Source: the human T2T-CHM13v2.0 reference genome, Homo sapiens
Length of the DNA: 64,000 nucleotides
Assembly: GCF_009914755.1 (NCBI RefSeq)
Contig: NC_060928.1
Reading direction: 5' to 3' (one strand)
The notes beneath the pieces are model-generated. The model was not told where the DNA came from. It did no database searches and was given only the letters and a program-made list of their open reading frames with translations. This document shows positions 29,238 to 43,073 of the stretch, one piece after another. Position numbers and translations under genes: made by a program. Each line of letters starts with the position of its first letter. Within the stretch, counting starts at the first letter, position 1.

Positions 29238-30379
29238 CACATTCTTAATCACTCATTTCAAGGTTCTGTGCTAGATGATTTAAGAAAAGGCACTGATAAA
29301 CTAATATTGAGTTAGTGTTACGTGTCAGAGACAAAGTGATTTTACAGGGATAAGCTAATTTTTATTCTCTAGCAAATCTTTGAGTTGGGCACTGTTACTA
29401 CCTCCATTTTTAGGGGAGAAAATGAAGACTTGGAAAGTTTAAGTAACTTTTGAAAGATAAAAGCAAATTGAATTATTGTAAGTATAAAACGCATCAGAAC
29501 AAGTGGTGGGAAACACATTAGACAAGTAGGTAGGGGGACAGATCATGGCCCGAATGCCATGCTGAAGATTTTGGAGTTATTATGTTGGTAACAAAGACAC
29601 ACTGGGGTTTTTGAATCCTGGAGGTGATATCCCAGCTACTCTTAGGAAAAATTTCTCTGGCAATACTATGTGGAATGGGAGAGACTGAGAGTGACTAAAG
29701 AGGCCTTTGATGCAATGCCAAGTGAAGCCGGAGAAGGACTTGGACCAGGGTGGTGGCCGTGGGTGGGGAATGGAATAGAGAATGGTATGATTTTCTTTTA
29801 GGCTTTCCTTTTATGTCCCTTCTCTGGACCTTGTTTTTAAACACTGTAGCTTTTTAAACATTCTGCCATAGAGTGCTGTCGATTTGGAGTTGCCTTCAAC
29901 TTTAGCAGCTGAAAATTAAACAGAACAACAAAAAAATTAAATTTTGAAAAATTGCAGTTGTCCATCAGTTGTCATTTATCATGAGGAAATAAAATGATTA
30001 AACTCCTAGGAGTCACATGGTTAGCCTGGAACCATTAGAATTATCTATAGTTCTAAGCCTTATTGTGCCACTAATAACTATCTTATCCAGCTATCATGCC
30101 ATAGAGTCTTTTGATTCCTTTTATGGAAGTAAAAAATAACATAATTTCAAAAAAAGGTAACTGATGATTTTTCTTATGTCTAATCTGAATGAAATATCTA
30201 AGGAAGAAATGCACTGATGTGATGTGCATAAGGAGAGAGGTGAGATGAGAAGAAAGGGAACGCCTCCTCGGTTTCTGTGACACATTTTTACATTCTGTAA
30301 GCATTTTGTGTGTCAACGGATTAGTTAGCTAGGGATTTGTAAATTATCCTGATAAATAATGGTCATTCTCCTCTTTCAG

Positions 30380-30455
30380 CAGATTTCTGCTCATGGCAGA
30401 TCTTCTTCCAATGTAAACGGTGGACCTGAGCTTGACCGTTGCATAAGTCCTGAAG
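30380..30455 (+). CDS. DCLK2: DCLK2 exon 6 (76 nt): QISAHGRSSSNVNGGPELDRCISPE
   Basis: ctctttcag|CAG ATT ... GAAG|gtagtt; tandem acceptor gives an alternative start at 30383. Confidence 0.95.
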
Positions 30456-31353
30456 GTAGTTCTCAGTCTGATCATTACTTTGATAAAGGAAATCATGCAT
30501 GGGGACTTGGTGCTCACCTAAAACTCACTTGTGCTAAATTACGATCTTCCTAAAGAGGGATGTGATCACATCACCTGTCAGCCCCTTTGGCCTTAGTAAG
30601 AGGCGGGGATGGGGGTTACTTCAAGATAAAGAAAAATCTCATTGTCATTAACTAGGTTATTGAAGCTTCAGATTTTAGACTTGGGCTTCTTTTATTTTTG
30701 TGGTGATCTGATCACAACTTCTAAATATATTTCCTTTCTGTCAATTAGATAACAAAACTGTGTTTTCTTGATTTGGTGTCTTCTGTGTGCTGGACACTGG
30801 GACATGTAGTGAGAAGTGGGCAGATCTTAACCCTTCCCCCACATACCTTTTTGAGAAAGCTTTGAGCCAGGAATTAGCCTTAACAAGGCATCTATCTTAT
30901 CTGGGTAGAATTTTCTCTACTAGAAAATGTTGAAGAGAAATCTTGGACATTTTGAAGATTAAATTCCCACCACCATCCTCTTCTCCTTTCTTTGTTTTTT
31001 TTTTTTTTCTTTTTCTATCATCTTATATCCCCTGCCCCTTTCTTGAACATCGACAAAAAAGTTTGGATAAGTTTTAGTGAAATATCCTTTTTACCTAAGG
31101 CTAATCACTTATTTCACCTGATATCTCAGGGATTTGTTAGGTTTATTGATTATAGGTTTCTGATTTCAACCAACGAAGTTAAAAGGAAATTGGTGATTCA
31201 GGTGTTCTATTCAGGAAATGTGTGCAGATATTTTATTTAGTTTCACCATAGATTTAGAAATAAATGCATCGCAGTTTACTATTTTACAAATATGTAGGAA
31301 TCTGTATAAAATGCTGATGTTTTCTTTAGAATTTGCATTTATCCTTTTTGCAG

Positions 31354-31462
31354 GTGTGAATGGAAACAGATGCTCTGAATCATCAACTCTTCTTGAGAAA
31401 TACAAAATTGGAAAGGTCATTGGTGATGGCAATTTTGCAGTAGTCAAAGAGTGTATAGACAG
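31354..31462 (+). CDS. DCLK2: DCLK2 exon 7 (109 nt): [35 protein letters not shown], kinase Gly-loop
   Basis: tttttgcag|GT ... AG|gtgagt; GDGNFA motif. Confidence 0.97.
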
Positions 31463-31603
31463 GTGAGTGGACAGTGAGGATAATTAATGAATAATGAAAA
31501 TGATAAATAATGAAAACTGTATCATCTACAGATACAGTTTTCCTTGGAGTTTATTCTTAATTTTAAAAAGGCCCTTCTGGAAAGTCTCTTTCATTTTCCC
31601 TGA

Positions 31604-31930
<327 letters not shown>

Positions 31931-32236
31931 AGGGATCAGCCATTTTGCATGCCCACAGGAAAAAAATATTATGTATATACATAGAGTATAAAACTGTTTT
32001 ATGTGCATTTGGGATGAGATATATATAAGGTCTCATCATGAGCCAGAGAGGAATGAGAAGAATAAGTCATTTTTAAGAACATCTCCTATATTTACCGGTG
32101 TCAGGCATTGTTCTCAGTCTGTACTTGTATTAAATCGCTTAATCCCTACAGCAATCCTCCCTCTCAGTTAATACTTAATGGAATATTCCAGTAGTTCAGG
32201 ACATATGAGCTCTGACTCTGTTTAAGATCACAATCA

Positions 32237-32622
<386 letters not shown>

Positions 32623-33125
32623 TCAGAGTCTTGGTTCAGATTAGAGTCTTGGTGTTTATAGGCTGCTATCCTTCCCATTCTAAGTGATAATTTTTATCAT
32701 TTCTGGAGATTTTTCCAGAAAGTTTTGGTAACTACAGTTTTTCTGTTTTGTTACATCTCCAGTGAAGCTTTAGTACTCCTTATATTGGTACACAAGATAA
32801 TGCCTTGTTCTCTGAGTCCTTTTACCCAGTTCTTATACACAGACTGCCACCTAAGTAACAAAGTAAGCATCTAAAGTATGACTTTTAAAGACTAGTCAGA
32901 AATCTGAGGCAGGATTTAGTTTTTGTTATAGGGAGAACAATTTAAGGACAAGTGATTCTTCCAAGCCAGGCCTCATGAGTGTGTACTACAACCACCTGGC
33001 AAATCCAGCTGCACTTGAGATAACAAGTGTATTCTATGAGTACTGTGGTGTTCTTTATTGAATGCTTTTTCTATACTCAAAGACATTTTTGGCATGTTAA
33101 AATTAAATTATTTTAAAGGTGATTA

Positions 33126-33491
<366 letters not shown>

Positions 33492-33890
33492 CTAGTGCCA
33501 GGAAAGAACATTTAAAGATGTGACTAACTTGGTACCAGATCAGATCCTAGCTGAAGTTTTGGCTGAGAAATAATGAAAGTCAGGGGACTTTTCACTTTTG
33601 AATTATGGGCTAATGTTGTTAATGGACTAATGTAAAAATATATTGATAATAAAATTTTCTGTTAATTTGGTTTTTTAAAACTTTATTCTGTCTCCTAAGA
33701 GAACTATTTTGAGATTTACATATAGAAAAACTATTTCCTGCCTCTCCCTGATGTAACAGAATTGAAATACTTTAAATATGAGTTTCTTAATATTATAGTT
33801 AATATTTATGAAAGAATATTTAATTAACATACAGTATGGCTTTGTTTTTGTTTTTAATTTTTTGGGTACCTTTGTCCCCTGACTCCACTA

Positions 33891-34151
<261 letters not shown>

Positions 34152-34181
34152 TTAAATGGTCTTCCTCTGATTATTCCATAG

Positions 34182-34239
34182 GTCCACTGGAAAGGAGTTT
34201 GCCCTAAAGATTATAGACAAAGCCAAATGTTGTGGAAAG
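34182..34239 (+). CDS. DCLK2: DCLK2 exon 8 (58 nt): (R)STGKEFALKIIDKAKCCGK, catalytic Lys
   Basis: ttccatag|G TCC ... AAG|gtatag; phase 2-0; ALK motif. Confidence 0.96.
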
Positions 34240-35184
34240 GTATAGTATGCATAACCCCTAGTTCTGAAAGAAACTAGAGTAACTTGGTGAGGTGTTTACT
34301 GTGATGAAGGAATTTAAGTGGGGACTTGACACAACTATCACAGCAGGAGTAGAGACCAGTAATAGTGGGAAAAACAGTTAAGCGGTTTTATTCCTGCTAT
34401 TTTTCAGAAACTTTAATCCTAAAACAGTAAATTGATTTGATCTTGGTCCTAACTAGAAAACGTAGATTCTTTTCTCTGGGAGATACCTATTTTAACACCC
34501 AACAATACTCAAAAGGTGCGTCAAGAACTCTGAGGGACCTGGGACTTTACTTGCAAGCTAACAAAGCCTTCCAGCTTCATACAGGCCAGCAGAACACAAG
34601 ATTTCTGAGTCAGAGACAAAAGGATTTGTTATTCCTGACACAGCAGGTAGCATGAGCTTCATGCTTGCATTGGTTCCCCTTAACTCCCAAGTCCCATAGT
34701 GGTGAGGCTGAGGAGCCCAGCTGGATGATTTACACACAGTGGGTTTATGTCATAGCTGGGGAACTCTGAGCTTAGGAAACCCTCAGTCTTAGGAGGAGGT
34801 GCTAGCAATGCTGCCCAGTCTTTGCCTCAGAGGAGAATATTATTTTCATTATCCTGGTCAGGAAACACATCTGCCGTTTGCCCGTAAGGGAGACTCATCT
34901 TTGTGTTCCAAGGGTGTTTCCTGGACAAACATCCTTGGAAAGATAGTTTGGAACAGAAGCTGATGCATCATGAGCAGAAATGCTGTGAAGAATCATCTCC
35001 TCAATAAGATAAACTTTTTTCCTTCTGTCCCACTCTCTAACTGGGGTTGGGAAAAGATCAACCAATAAAATGCTGCTGCAGTTACTGATACTTTAACTAT
35101 GTTTGAAAAAATAAATATTCCGTTGCAGCAATGACAAAGACCTTTTTAGATTCCATTGTGGTAACACATCAATTAAGAGAACAA

Positions 35185-35487
35185 GCTGTAGAGCTACATC
35201 GTTCAACACCAGAGCTACCAGTCACGTACAGCTACAAAGCACTTGAATGTAGCGAGTCTGGATTGAAATAGGCTGCTAAGTATAAAATACACACCAGATT
35301 TTGAAGACTTAGTACTAAAAAAAGAATGTGAAATACCTCATTAATATCTTTGTATATGATCACATGTTGAAATGAAAATATTTGGATATATTAAGTTATA
35401 ATTTTAAAAACCTTGCTTTTTAATGTGGTTCTTGGTTAGAATTACGTATATGGATCATGGTGTATATTTATGCTGGACACTGCTGCT
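35185..35487 (+). mobile_element. MER33-like hAT-Charlie relic
   Basis: aagtataaaatacacaccagattttgaagacttagtac..aaagaatgtgaaatacctcattaata..tggacactgctg. Confidence 0.75.
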
Positions 35488-37544
35488 CTAGAGCCAGATT
35501 CTATAAAGTGTATTCCTGGCCCTGCCTCTTCTTGGAAAATTTATTTAACCCCTCTATTTCTTCCTTTAAAATGTGGTTATTATCGACACCTAGAACATAA
35601 GATTATTGTGAAAATTGGTTGAATTAAGCCATGGAAAACAGAGAAGTGCTAGTATATAATAAGAATTCAACACATGTTAACTGCTAACATTATTAATATG
35701 CCAGAGGAGTTTAGAATTTATAATTAGCAGGATTTGATCTGATAGTTGTCATTTTATAGTTATGGAACCCCTAAACTGGTCTTCATTGGACTTCTACAAA
35801 ATAGTGTATTTTTAACAGGAAATGTAAAATATTCTGCTCAAATGGTTTAGAAAAATCTTCTCAGAACTCCAGAATGGAAAATCCAGGAGGCAAATTTGTC
35901 ATTTACTTTTTTTTTTTTTTTTTAACCACACTGTGATAATTACTGAAGCATAGACTGCATAGACTGTGCAAAATGCCCCTTTTCCTTTGAATAAGGTTTT
36001 CTTTTGCTTAATTTTCTTTAAATAATTTGATATGCTTTTACTTATTGTTCTAGCGATATTACTAATGTTTTTCACTGTAATAGCCTTTTCTCCATACATG
36101 TAAGGGTTCTGCTTTCGATGTGGTGGTGTGTGATTTAAGCAGAACGTATCATAATTTGGTGAGCCAGGTTCTATAGAACTACATTAAAAATTTTTTCAAA
36201 ACAGTAAAAAAAAAATAAAAAGGTGCTATGGTAAGGATATGGTTTACGTGATTAAAATTTAAACAGCTGTTTCCATGGTTGGAAAAAAAAGGTCTTTGTA
36301 TGCAAAAAATTTACACTAAGGGCTGAGGCAAATGGATAAGTCAGTTCTAACATTTGAATCTTATTTTTTCTAGTCTGTGAATGTCATTCTATTTTTATAA
36401 TGCATGATCAAATATTTTTCCACTTTTACATTTTGCTTATCTAAACAACTATTTCCACATTAAGACTATACAAAATTATAATTTTAAAACTTGATTAGTT
36501 ACAAATAAGTTGATTTTTCCCATTACATTTTATTTTTAGAAAAAAATTATATAGAGAATTTTTGTTAATTTGAGGGGGTGGTATTCAGTCACTGTTTTGG
36601 AGTGTTGGCCACCTCTGCTATATACAGAAAATTAATAATGCTGAAAATAATATCTGCTATTTGTTAAAATGTATTATTTATCCAGGCTTGGATATATAGG
36701 AACTTTGCACATTACCTTTAATGACTTGCAAAACAGATGCGCCAGTTTTACAGATAAGGAAACAGACTCAGATTAAATAGCTTCCAAAAAAGTCACACAG
36801 AGACTGACCTGTGACTGGAATTTTGGGCTGTTTGGTTACACAGCCTGTACATTGGCTGATCTACTGTGTTCCCTCTCTAAGTTCAATTTATTCATTTCTT
36901 CAGGTAATACAAACTTGGGAAACATTCTTACTCTCCCTCACCTTCTGTTTGTTCATCCTTAATATACACAGGCATTGTTAGATTCATGTATTCACCTAAA
37001 TTTTGGTGCATATTCTGTCTGCAAGACACTGTGCTAAGAATAGGGTGATGTATAAATTAATACCAGTTCTGCAAAGAATGTTGGAGTTCAGGGGAAGCAC
37101 GTGGGAGAGAAGTAGGTGACCAGTGAAGATGCTATAGAGGAAGAAGCATTTGGGCTGGAGCAGGAACAGTGGGTAGGGAGGGTTTCAGTAGGCAGCAATC
37201 AAAGAGCGGTCTACCAGGTGGTGAGAACAGTCTGAGCAAAGGCCCAGAGGACAGAAAGCACGTTGGGCCCTTCTAAGTAGGAGATTATTACAAGAGCTGC
37301 GTTGGGGCCAGATTTATAGAGGCTTTTGAGAATGCTATGGTATTTATAAATTTAAGAATTCTTCCAGTTCTAATATTCTCTTTCATGCTAAATAAATATC
37401 TATTGAATTCCCACAGTGTACAAAGCTCTGAGCTTTCTGTTCTGGTGCTTAGAAGTGGTCCTTCTTTGTCTTCCTACTGTATACAGTTTTGCATTCATCA
37501 TCTACATGGGCCCAGGCAGGACATAAATCCAGAAGTGTATTTGG

Positions 37545-37975
37545 AAGTATTCGTTTCCCCAGGCTGTGGGAATAAATTACCACAAACTTGGTGGCTTAAA
37601 ACACCTAAAAATTACTCTCTTCACAGTTCAGGAGGCTGAGAGTCCGAAATCCATGCTTCCTTTGGGGGTTTTGGGGAGAATCTGTTCCTTGCCTGCAAGC
37701 ATCCAGTGACCAGCAGTATTCTTGGGTTGTGATCATATCCCACCAGTCTCTGCCTCCGTCTTCACGCTGCCTTCTTCTCTGTCTGTGTGAAACTTCCCTG
37801 TGCTTCTCTAGGAACATTTGTAGTGGCATTTAACCCTCTCCCCGCCACAATCCAGGGTTATCTCTCCACTGCAGAACCCTTCATCACATCTGCAGAACTC
37901 TTTTCCCAAGTAAGGTAATATTTGCAAGTTGCAGGGATTAGGACTTGATGTCTTTGTGTATCCATTATTCAGTCT
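37545..37975 (-). mobile_element. MLT1 (C/D-like) LTR
   Basis: aaattaccacaaacttggtggcttaaaaca..cacagttcaggaggc..ggggagaatctgttccttgcc..aaggtaatattt. Confidence 0.8.
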
Positions 37976-38426
37976 GTTGCGTATATTTATCACAGAAATC
38001 ACGTGGTGATTTGTACATTTTCTCTCTCTCACCACTTTCTCCTCAGCAGTGTGCTCCGAGCAACACAGACACCAGCTGTGAAGCCATTGTGGGCAGCACA
38101 GTGCGTGATGTGTCTACTCCTTCACGTGAACACTTTGGTACCTACTGTTTGTTAGTAACTGTGCTAGTTGCTGGAGAGTGAGGTAACCAAAACCTCCACA
38201 AGCTCTCAGTTCCAGAGGGTTAGAGACCAGCACACAAACAGTTGAAAGATGGTGGGATGAGAGCTGTGATTCGGGGCTATGAGAGCAGGTGAGAGGACTA
38301 CCTGACCCAGCTGTGAGTGAGCAGGGGAGGTGACTTAGAAGAGGAGAGATCTAATCTGGTCCCGAGAAGTATATAGGAGTTTGCCAAGAAGTAGATAAAG
38401 AAAGTTCCAGATAAAACTATGGCTGG

Positions 38427-39018
<592 letters not shown>

Positions 39019-42018
39019 AACTACCTGTGCAAATGCCTAGAAGTCTAGGTAAGGGATTGGCAAGAGGAACAGAGAGAACTGAATGGATGAATGGATGGAT
39101 TCAGAGGCCACCAAGGAGGTAAATGGGCAGACATTGGTGATTGTGGGTATATTATCCACCCGAAAGGAGGAATCGGTGCAATTCCTGTTTCTGCTTGGGA
39201 CAGCCAGGTTTGTTGAATAAGATGGAGAACACAGAGGAAAGGACTGCTTTATGGGCTGGGATGGGTTGAGACAAGATGATTAGTCTGGTTTGAGAGAGTT
39301 GTTTTGTCTCCTATTATACCCCCCCATTCCTCTCTCTTTGTACGTTAAAAATCACCATGTCCAAAGATAAGGCAGTGTCCTTTGCCAAGTTAGCAGTTTT
39401 GTCATTTACTCTCACTCAGAACTGTGGAACACTGCCATGAAATGATTCATATGTAAATTATTTGGAGTTAGAATCATGAATCACTTAACATATATAATGG
39501 TAGATAATTGAATAATGTAAGTTCAGTATGGCTCAAGACAAAAGAGATATTCATATTATATTTAGAAATATTCTCTTGGAAAATTTAGTCTAGAGAGCAT
39601 TTTTTACATATTAGAAACAAAGACTACATACAGGTTGCACAAGAAATAGATAACGTTTGTAACGATTTTTATGCAGTACTTTATTTTGCTTCTGATGATG
39701 ATTAGTTTCAAAAGTGGATTGTTCCTTCATAGACAATTTTACAGGGACAGCAAGAGGTTGAGAAAGGCTAACAGCTCCCATGTTTTAACAAAAACATTCA
39801 CTCTGTGCTTAGAATATTAGCCATTGTCAAGTAGAATTCAGTAGGCTAATAAGTGGTGGAGGAAATGTTGCTGCAGTATTTGAAAGGTAACACTGCTGAT
39901 GGCCCTTAGGAGAAGTTCCACAATGTATCCCAGAAGACCTTCTGTTGTGCCTTTTATTGAAAAAGATAATAACTTTTGGGAGTTGTAGTCTCCTTATGTG
40001 GTAGATATCTTATTTACTTCAATTTGAGAGAGATTCTTGGGGTACTGGTGAGGGGATTATCTTACAGATATCACTAAATTAGCAACACAAACACAGCCCC
40101 CAGGGAGAGGCGAATATATAGACTCTTCTAACTTTGGGTAAAATGAGGAGCAGGAAGGAGAATTGAAGTGATAGATTCATTTAGCTTTAAAATAAAAAAC
40201 CTATTTAATGACAGTAGCAACTGTTGTCTTTGCTTCACACGGAGGGAAATAAATTGATGTGCTTGCTTATACATGTTCACAAAAGTGTATCTAACCCTGC
40301 TTTTTAGTGTGATTGAGGATATGCTTGGTGCAGATGATCCAAAAGCTTCAAAATATGTGAATCAATGGAGAGGGTTTGCCAAGTCTTTTGTCTTTGCAAC
40401 CATGAGGGGCTGGCTGTACAGCTGCTTCCCAAGGGAGGAAACGGGGCTCTGTCTGCTGCTCTGTAACTTAGACAGATGGGCTTGGAGACAGATAGGAGAC
40501 CCTGTTCTTGACTTCCCAGCTGTGGTTTACTGGGGTCTAAGAAACACCATTCTTCAGATTTTGAAGCGTTTGTTGAGTCCTGAGCCAGTCAAAGACTTCC
40601 TAGCCCTGTTCATTAAAAGAAGCATAGATTCTCCTCCTTGCACAAACCCTGGTGTGATTCTTAACCCCCAAATCAGTGTGGTGCTACTGCATGCTCTTAT
40701 CTTTTTAAGGAATTAAATATTTTCAGCTTACAGCTATAATTTTTATTTTGAAGAATTCCAACTTGGCATTTACTGAATTCTTCCCCTTTGGAAGGTGATA
40801 ATGTGTGTATAAGAAAGATGGGCTTGGATGTCAGAAACCTAGTTTACATTCAACCTCCAGTGACTGTTTCCAAGGATAAAGTGTTCAAACATTACACAAG
40901 TACCTTACACAGCTACTAACAAACAGTGACTAGATTCCTAGTAAATGTTGGTTTCTTTCTTTCCCATACTTCTGTTTAGCAAATTTGCACTGTCACTCGC
41001 TAAGATTTATTGAGTGACTGCTTGGACAAGCACAGTGCATTCAGTGCTCAAGAAACACAACCTACCATGTGCAGGAGCTTGAAACAGATTTTTCTCCACA
41101 TGTTATTTATTCATTTGTTATAATTTCTATTTCCAGCTATTGTCCAAAAGGGTGAGGTGGCTCTTAGCTTCATGCATCCATGTGTAAAAATACATGTACA
41201 CATGTTGAGAGGTCTTAATGTCTCATTTAAAACACAGCAATCATTGTTCATGATTCATGGGTTGACGTATTAAGAATAATTCGTTAATTCTGTAAGTAAA
41301 CATTTTGCTACAGTGCTGATCCCAACTGTGTTACTCACCAGGATTGATAATCAGGTGGTGTTTTCAGAGGAGAGTGATTAGAGCTAAAATGAGAATAGTG
41401 GTCCCCGTGGTTCTGTATGTTTTCAGATTTCTGAAATACAAGATGTTAAAGAACATCCATCTGGTGAATGATTTCATATCCAGTCATAGAGGAAGAAAGT
41501 TCTTTTTTTCATAAATTTCAGCATGAAATTCAAATTCATGTTAGTAACAGTTTAAAAACTAAAAATGCTTAATGCCAGAAGTTAGATTTCATAAGCATGC
41601 CAAGTTTTCTTATATGCCTAGTCTTTATTTGTGAGTGTATACCGAAATCAAAAAGTGGCTCTGGCTGAATTACAAAGCACAGAGCTGTGTGCTGAAGCTT
41701 TCATAGCATCACAACCTCTTAAGGTGTTAGAAATAATGACAAGCGAGAAGACAGTATGCTTAATACACCACAGAAGCACCATGGAGCCTTTTGGGGGATG
41801 TTTAGGAGTCTGTATCTTTTTGGTAATGTCAATAATATGTTCACACTGACCCTGTCCCTACAGGGACAATTAGGTCAGGTTTAGTTGTCTTTGTGCCAAG
41901 AGCAATGCTTTCTTTGGCATCAGATCCACAGGCTGTGTTTGTTTTGCTGTCCTCCAGGCCTTCGAGAGCAGAGGGTTCTGTGATTTCTGATCTCCTCTCT
42001 ATACCGTTCATTTGACAG

Positions 42019-42138
42019 GAACACCTGATTGAGAATGAAGTGTCAATACTGCGCCGAGTGAAACATCCCAATATCATTATGCTGGTCGAGGAGATGGAAA
42101 CAGCAACTGAGCTCTTTCTGGTGATGGAATTGGTCAAA
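42019..42138 (+). CDS. DCLK2: DCLK2 exon 9 (120 nt): [40 protein letters not shown]
   Basis: tttgacag|GAA ... AAA|gtaaga; helix C and HPNI. Confidence 0.97.
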
Positions 42139-42363
42139 GTAAGAGGATAGAGAGATTTTCTTGGTGCCTAGTCCCACAATTTACAACATCCTTGAAGGAC
42201 CTAATCAGAAAAGTGTATTGCTACCTCATAACTTTCATTATTTATAATCGCCGATTTTAGTGGCACTTGTGTCATTCTCTGCTTTATGCCAATGAGCCAT
42301 CTTTCTTACCTTCATAGGATTGCACTGTTGATGCTTTGATATGTTCTTTTATGTATCGTTTAG

Positions 42364-42510
42364 GGTGGAGATCTCTTTGATGCAATTACTTCGTCGACCA
42401 AGTACACTGAGAGAGATGGCAGTGCCATGGTGTACAACTTAGCCAATGCCCTCAGGTATCTCCATGGCCTCAGCATCGTGCACAGAGACATCAAACCAGA
42501 GAATCTCTTG
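42364..42510 (+). CDS. DCLK2: DCLK2 exon 10 (147 nt): GGDLFDAIT...[12 protein letters not shown]
   Basis: cgtttag|GGT ... TTG|gtatgt; catalytic loop HRDIKPEN. Confidence 0.97.
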
Positions 42511-42711
42511 GTATGTCATCCCTGCTTTTTCTGTTCCAATGAATGCCTCTCTTCCTTTAAAAGGAGCACATGCAAATAATGGCATTTTATAGTCTATACC
42601 AATCCTACATTATGAGACTTTAAATTTAGAAAATTAGCAAGACTTATGTCAATGACCATCAAATACTAATGGAGTTCTTGAATTTTTCTGCATTTGTTAT
42701 TTACCACTCTG

Positions 42712-43073
42712 CTATATTTCTCACTCTGCTATAAAGAACTACCTGAGACTGGGTAATTTATGAAGAAAAGAGGTTTGATTGACTCACAGTTCCACAGGCT
42801 TAACAGGAAGGCCTCAGGAGACTTACAATCATGGCGGAAGGCGAAGGGGAAGCAAGCACCTTCTTCACATGGTGGCAGGAGAGAAAGAGAGCGAGGAGGG
42901 AAGTGCCACACATTTTTAAACCATCGTATGTTATGAGAACTCACTACCACAGGAACAGCATGGGGGAAATCTGCTTCCATAATCAAGTCACCTCCCATAA
43001 GGTGCCTCCCCCAACATTGGGAATTACAGTTCAACATGAGATTTGGGTGGGGACACAGAGCCAAAGCATGTCA
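42712..43073 (-). mobile_element. MSTA-like MaLR solo LTR
   Basis: ctgctataaagaactacctgagactgggtaatttat..gagatttgggtggggacacagagccaaagcatgtca. Confidence 0.88.

Noticed and set aside
40273-40716. 147-aa intronic ATG ORF
   Set aside because: No recognisable domain or splice support; its length is compatible with chance in 64 kb across six frames.
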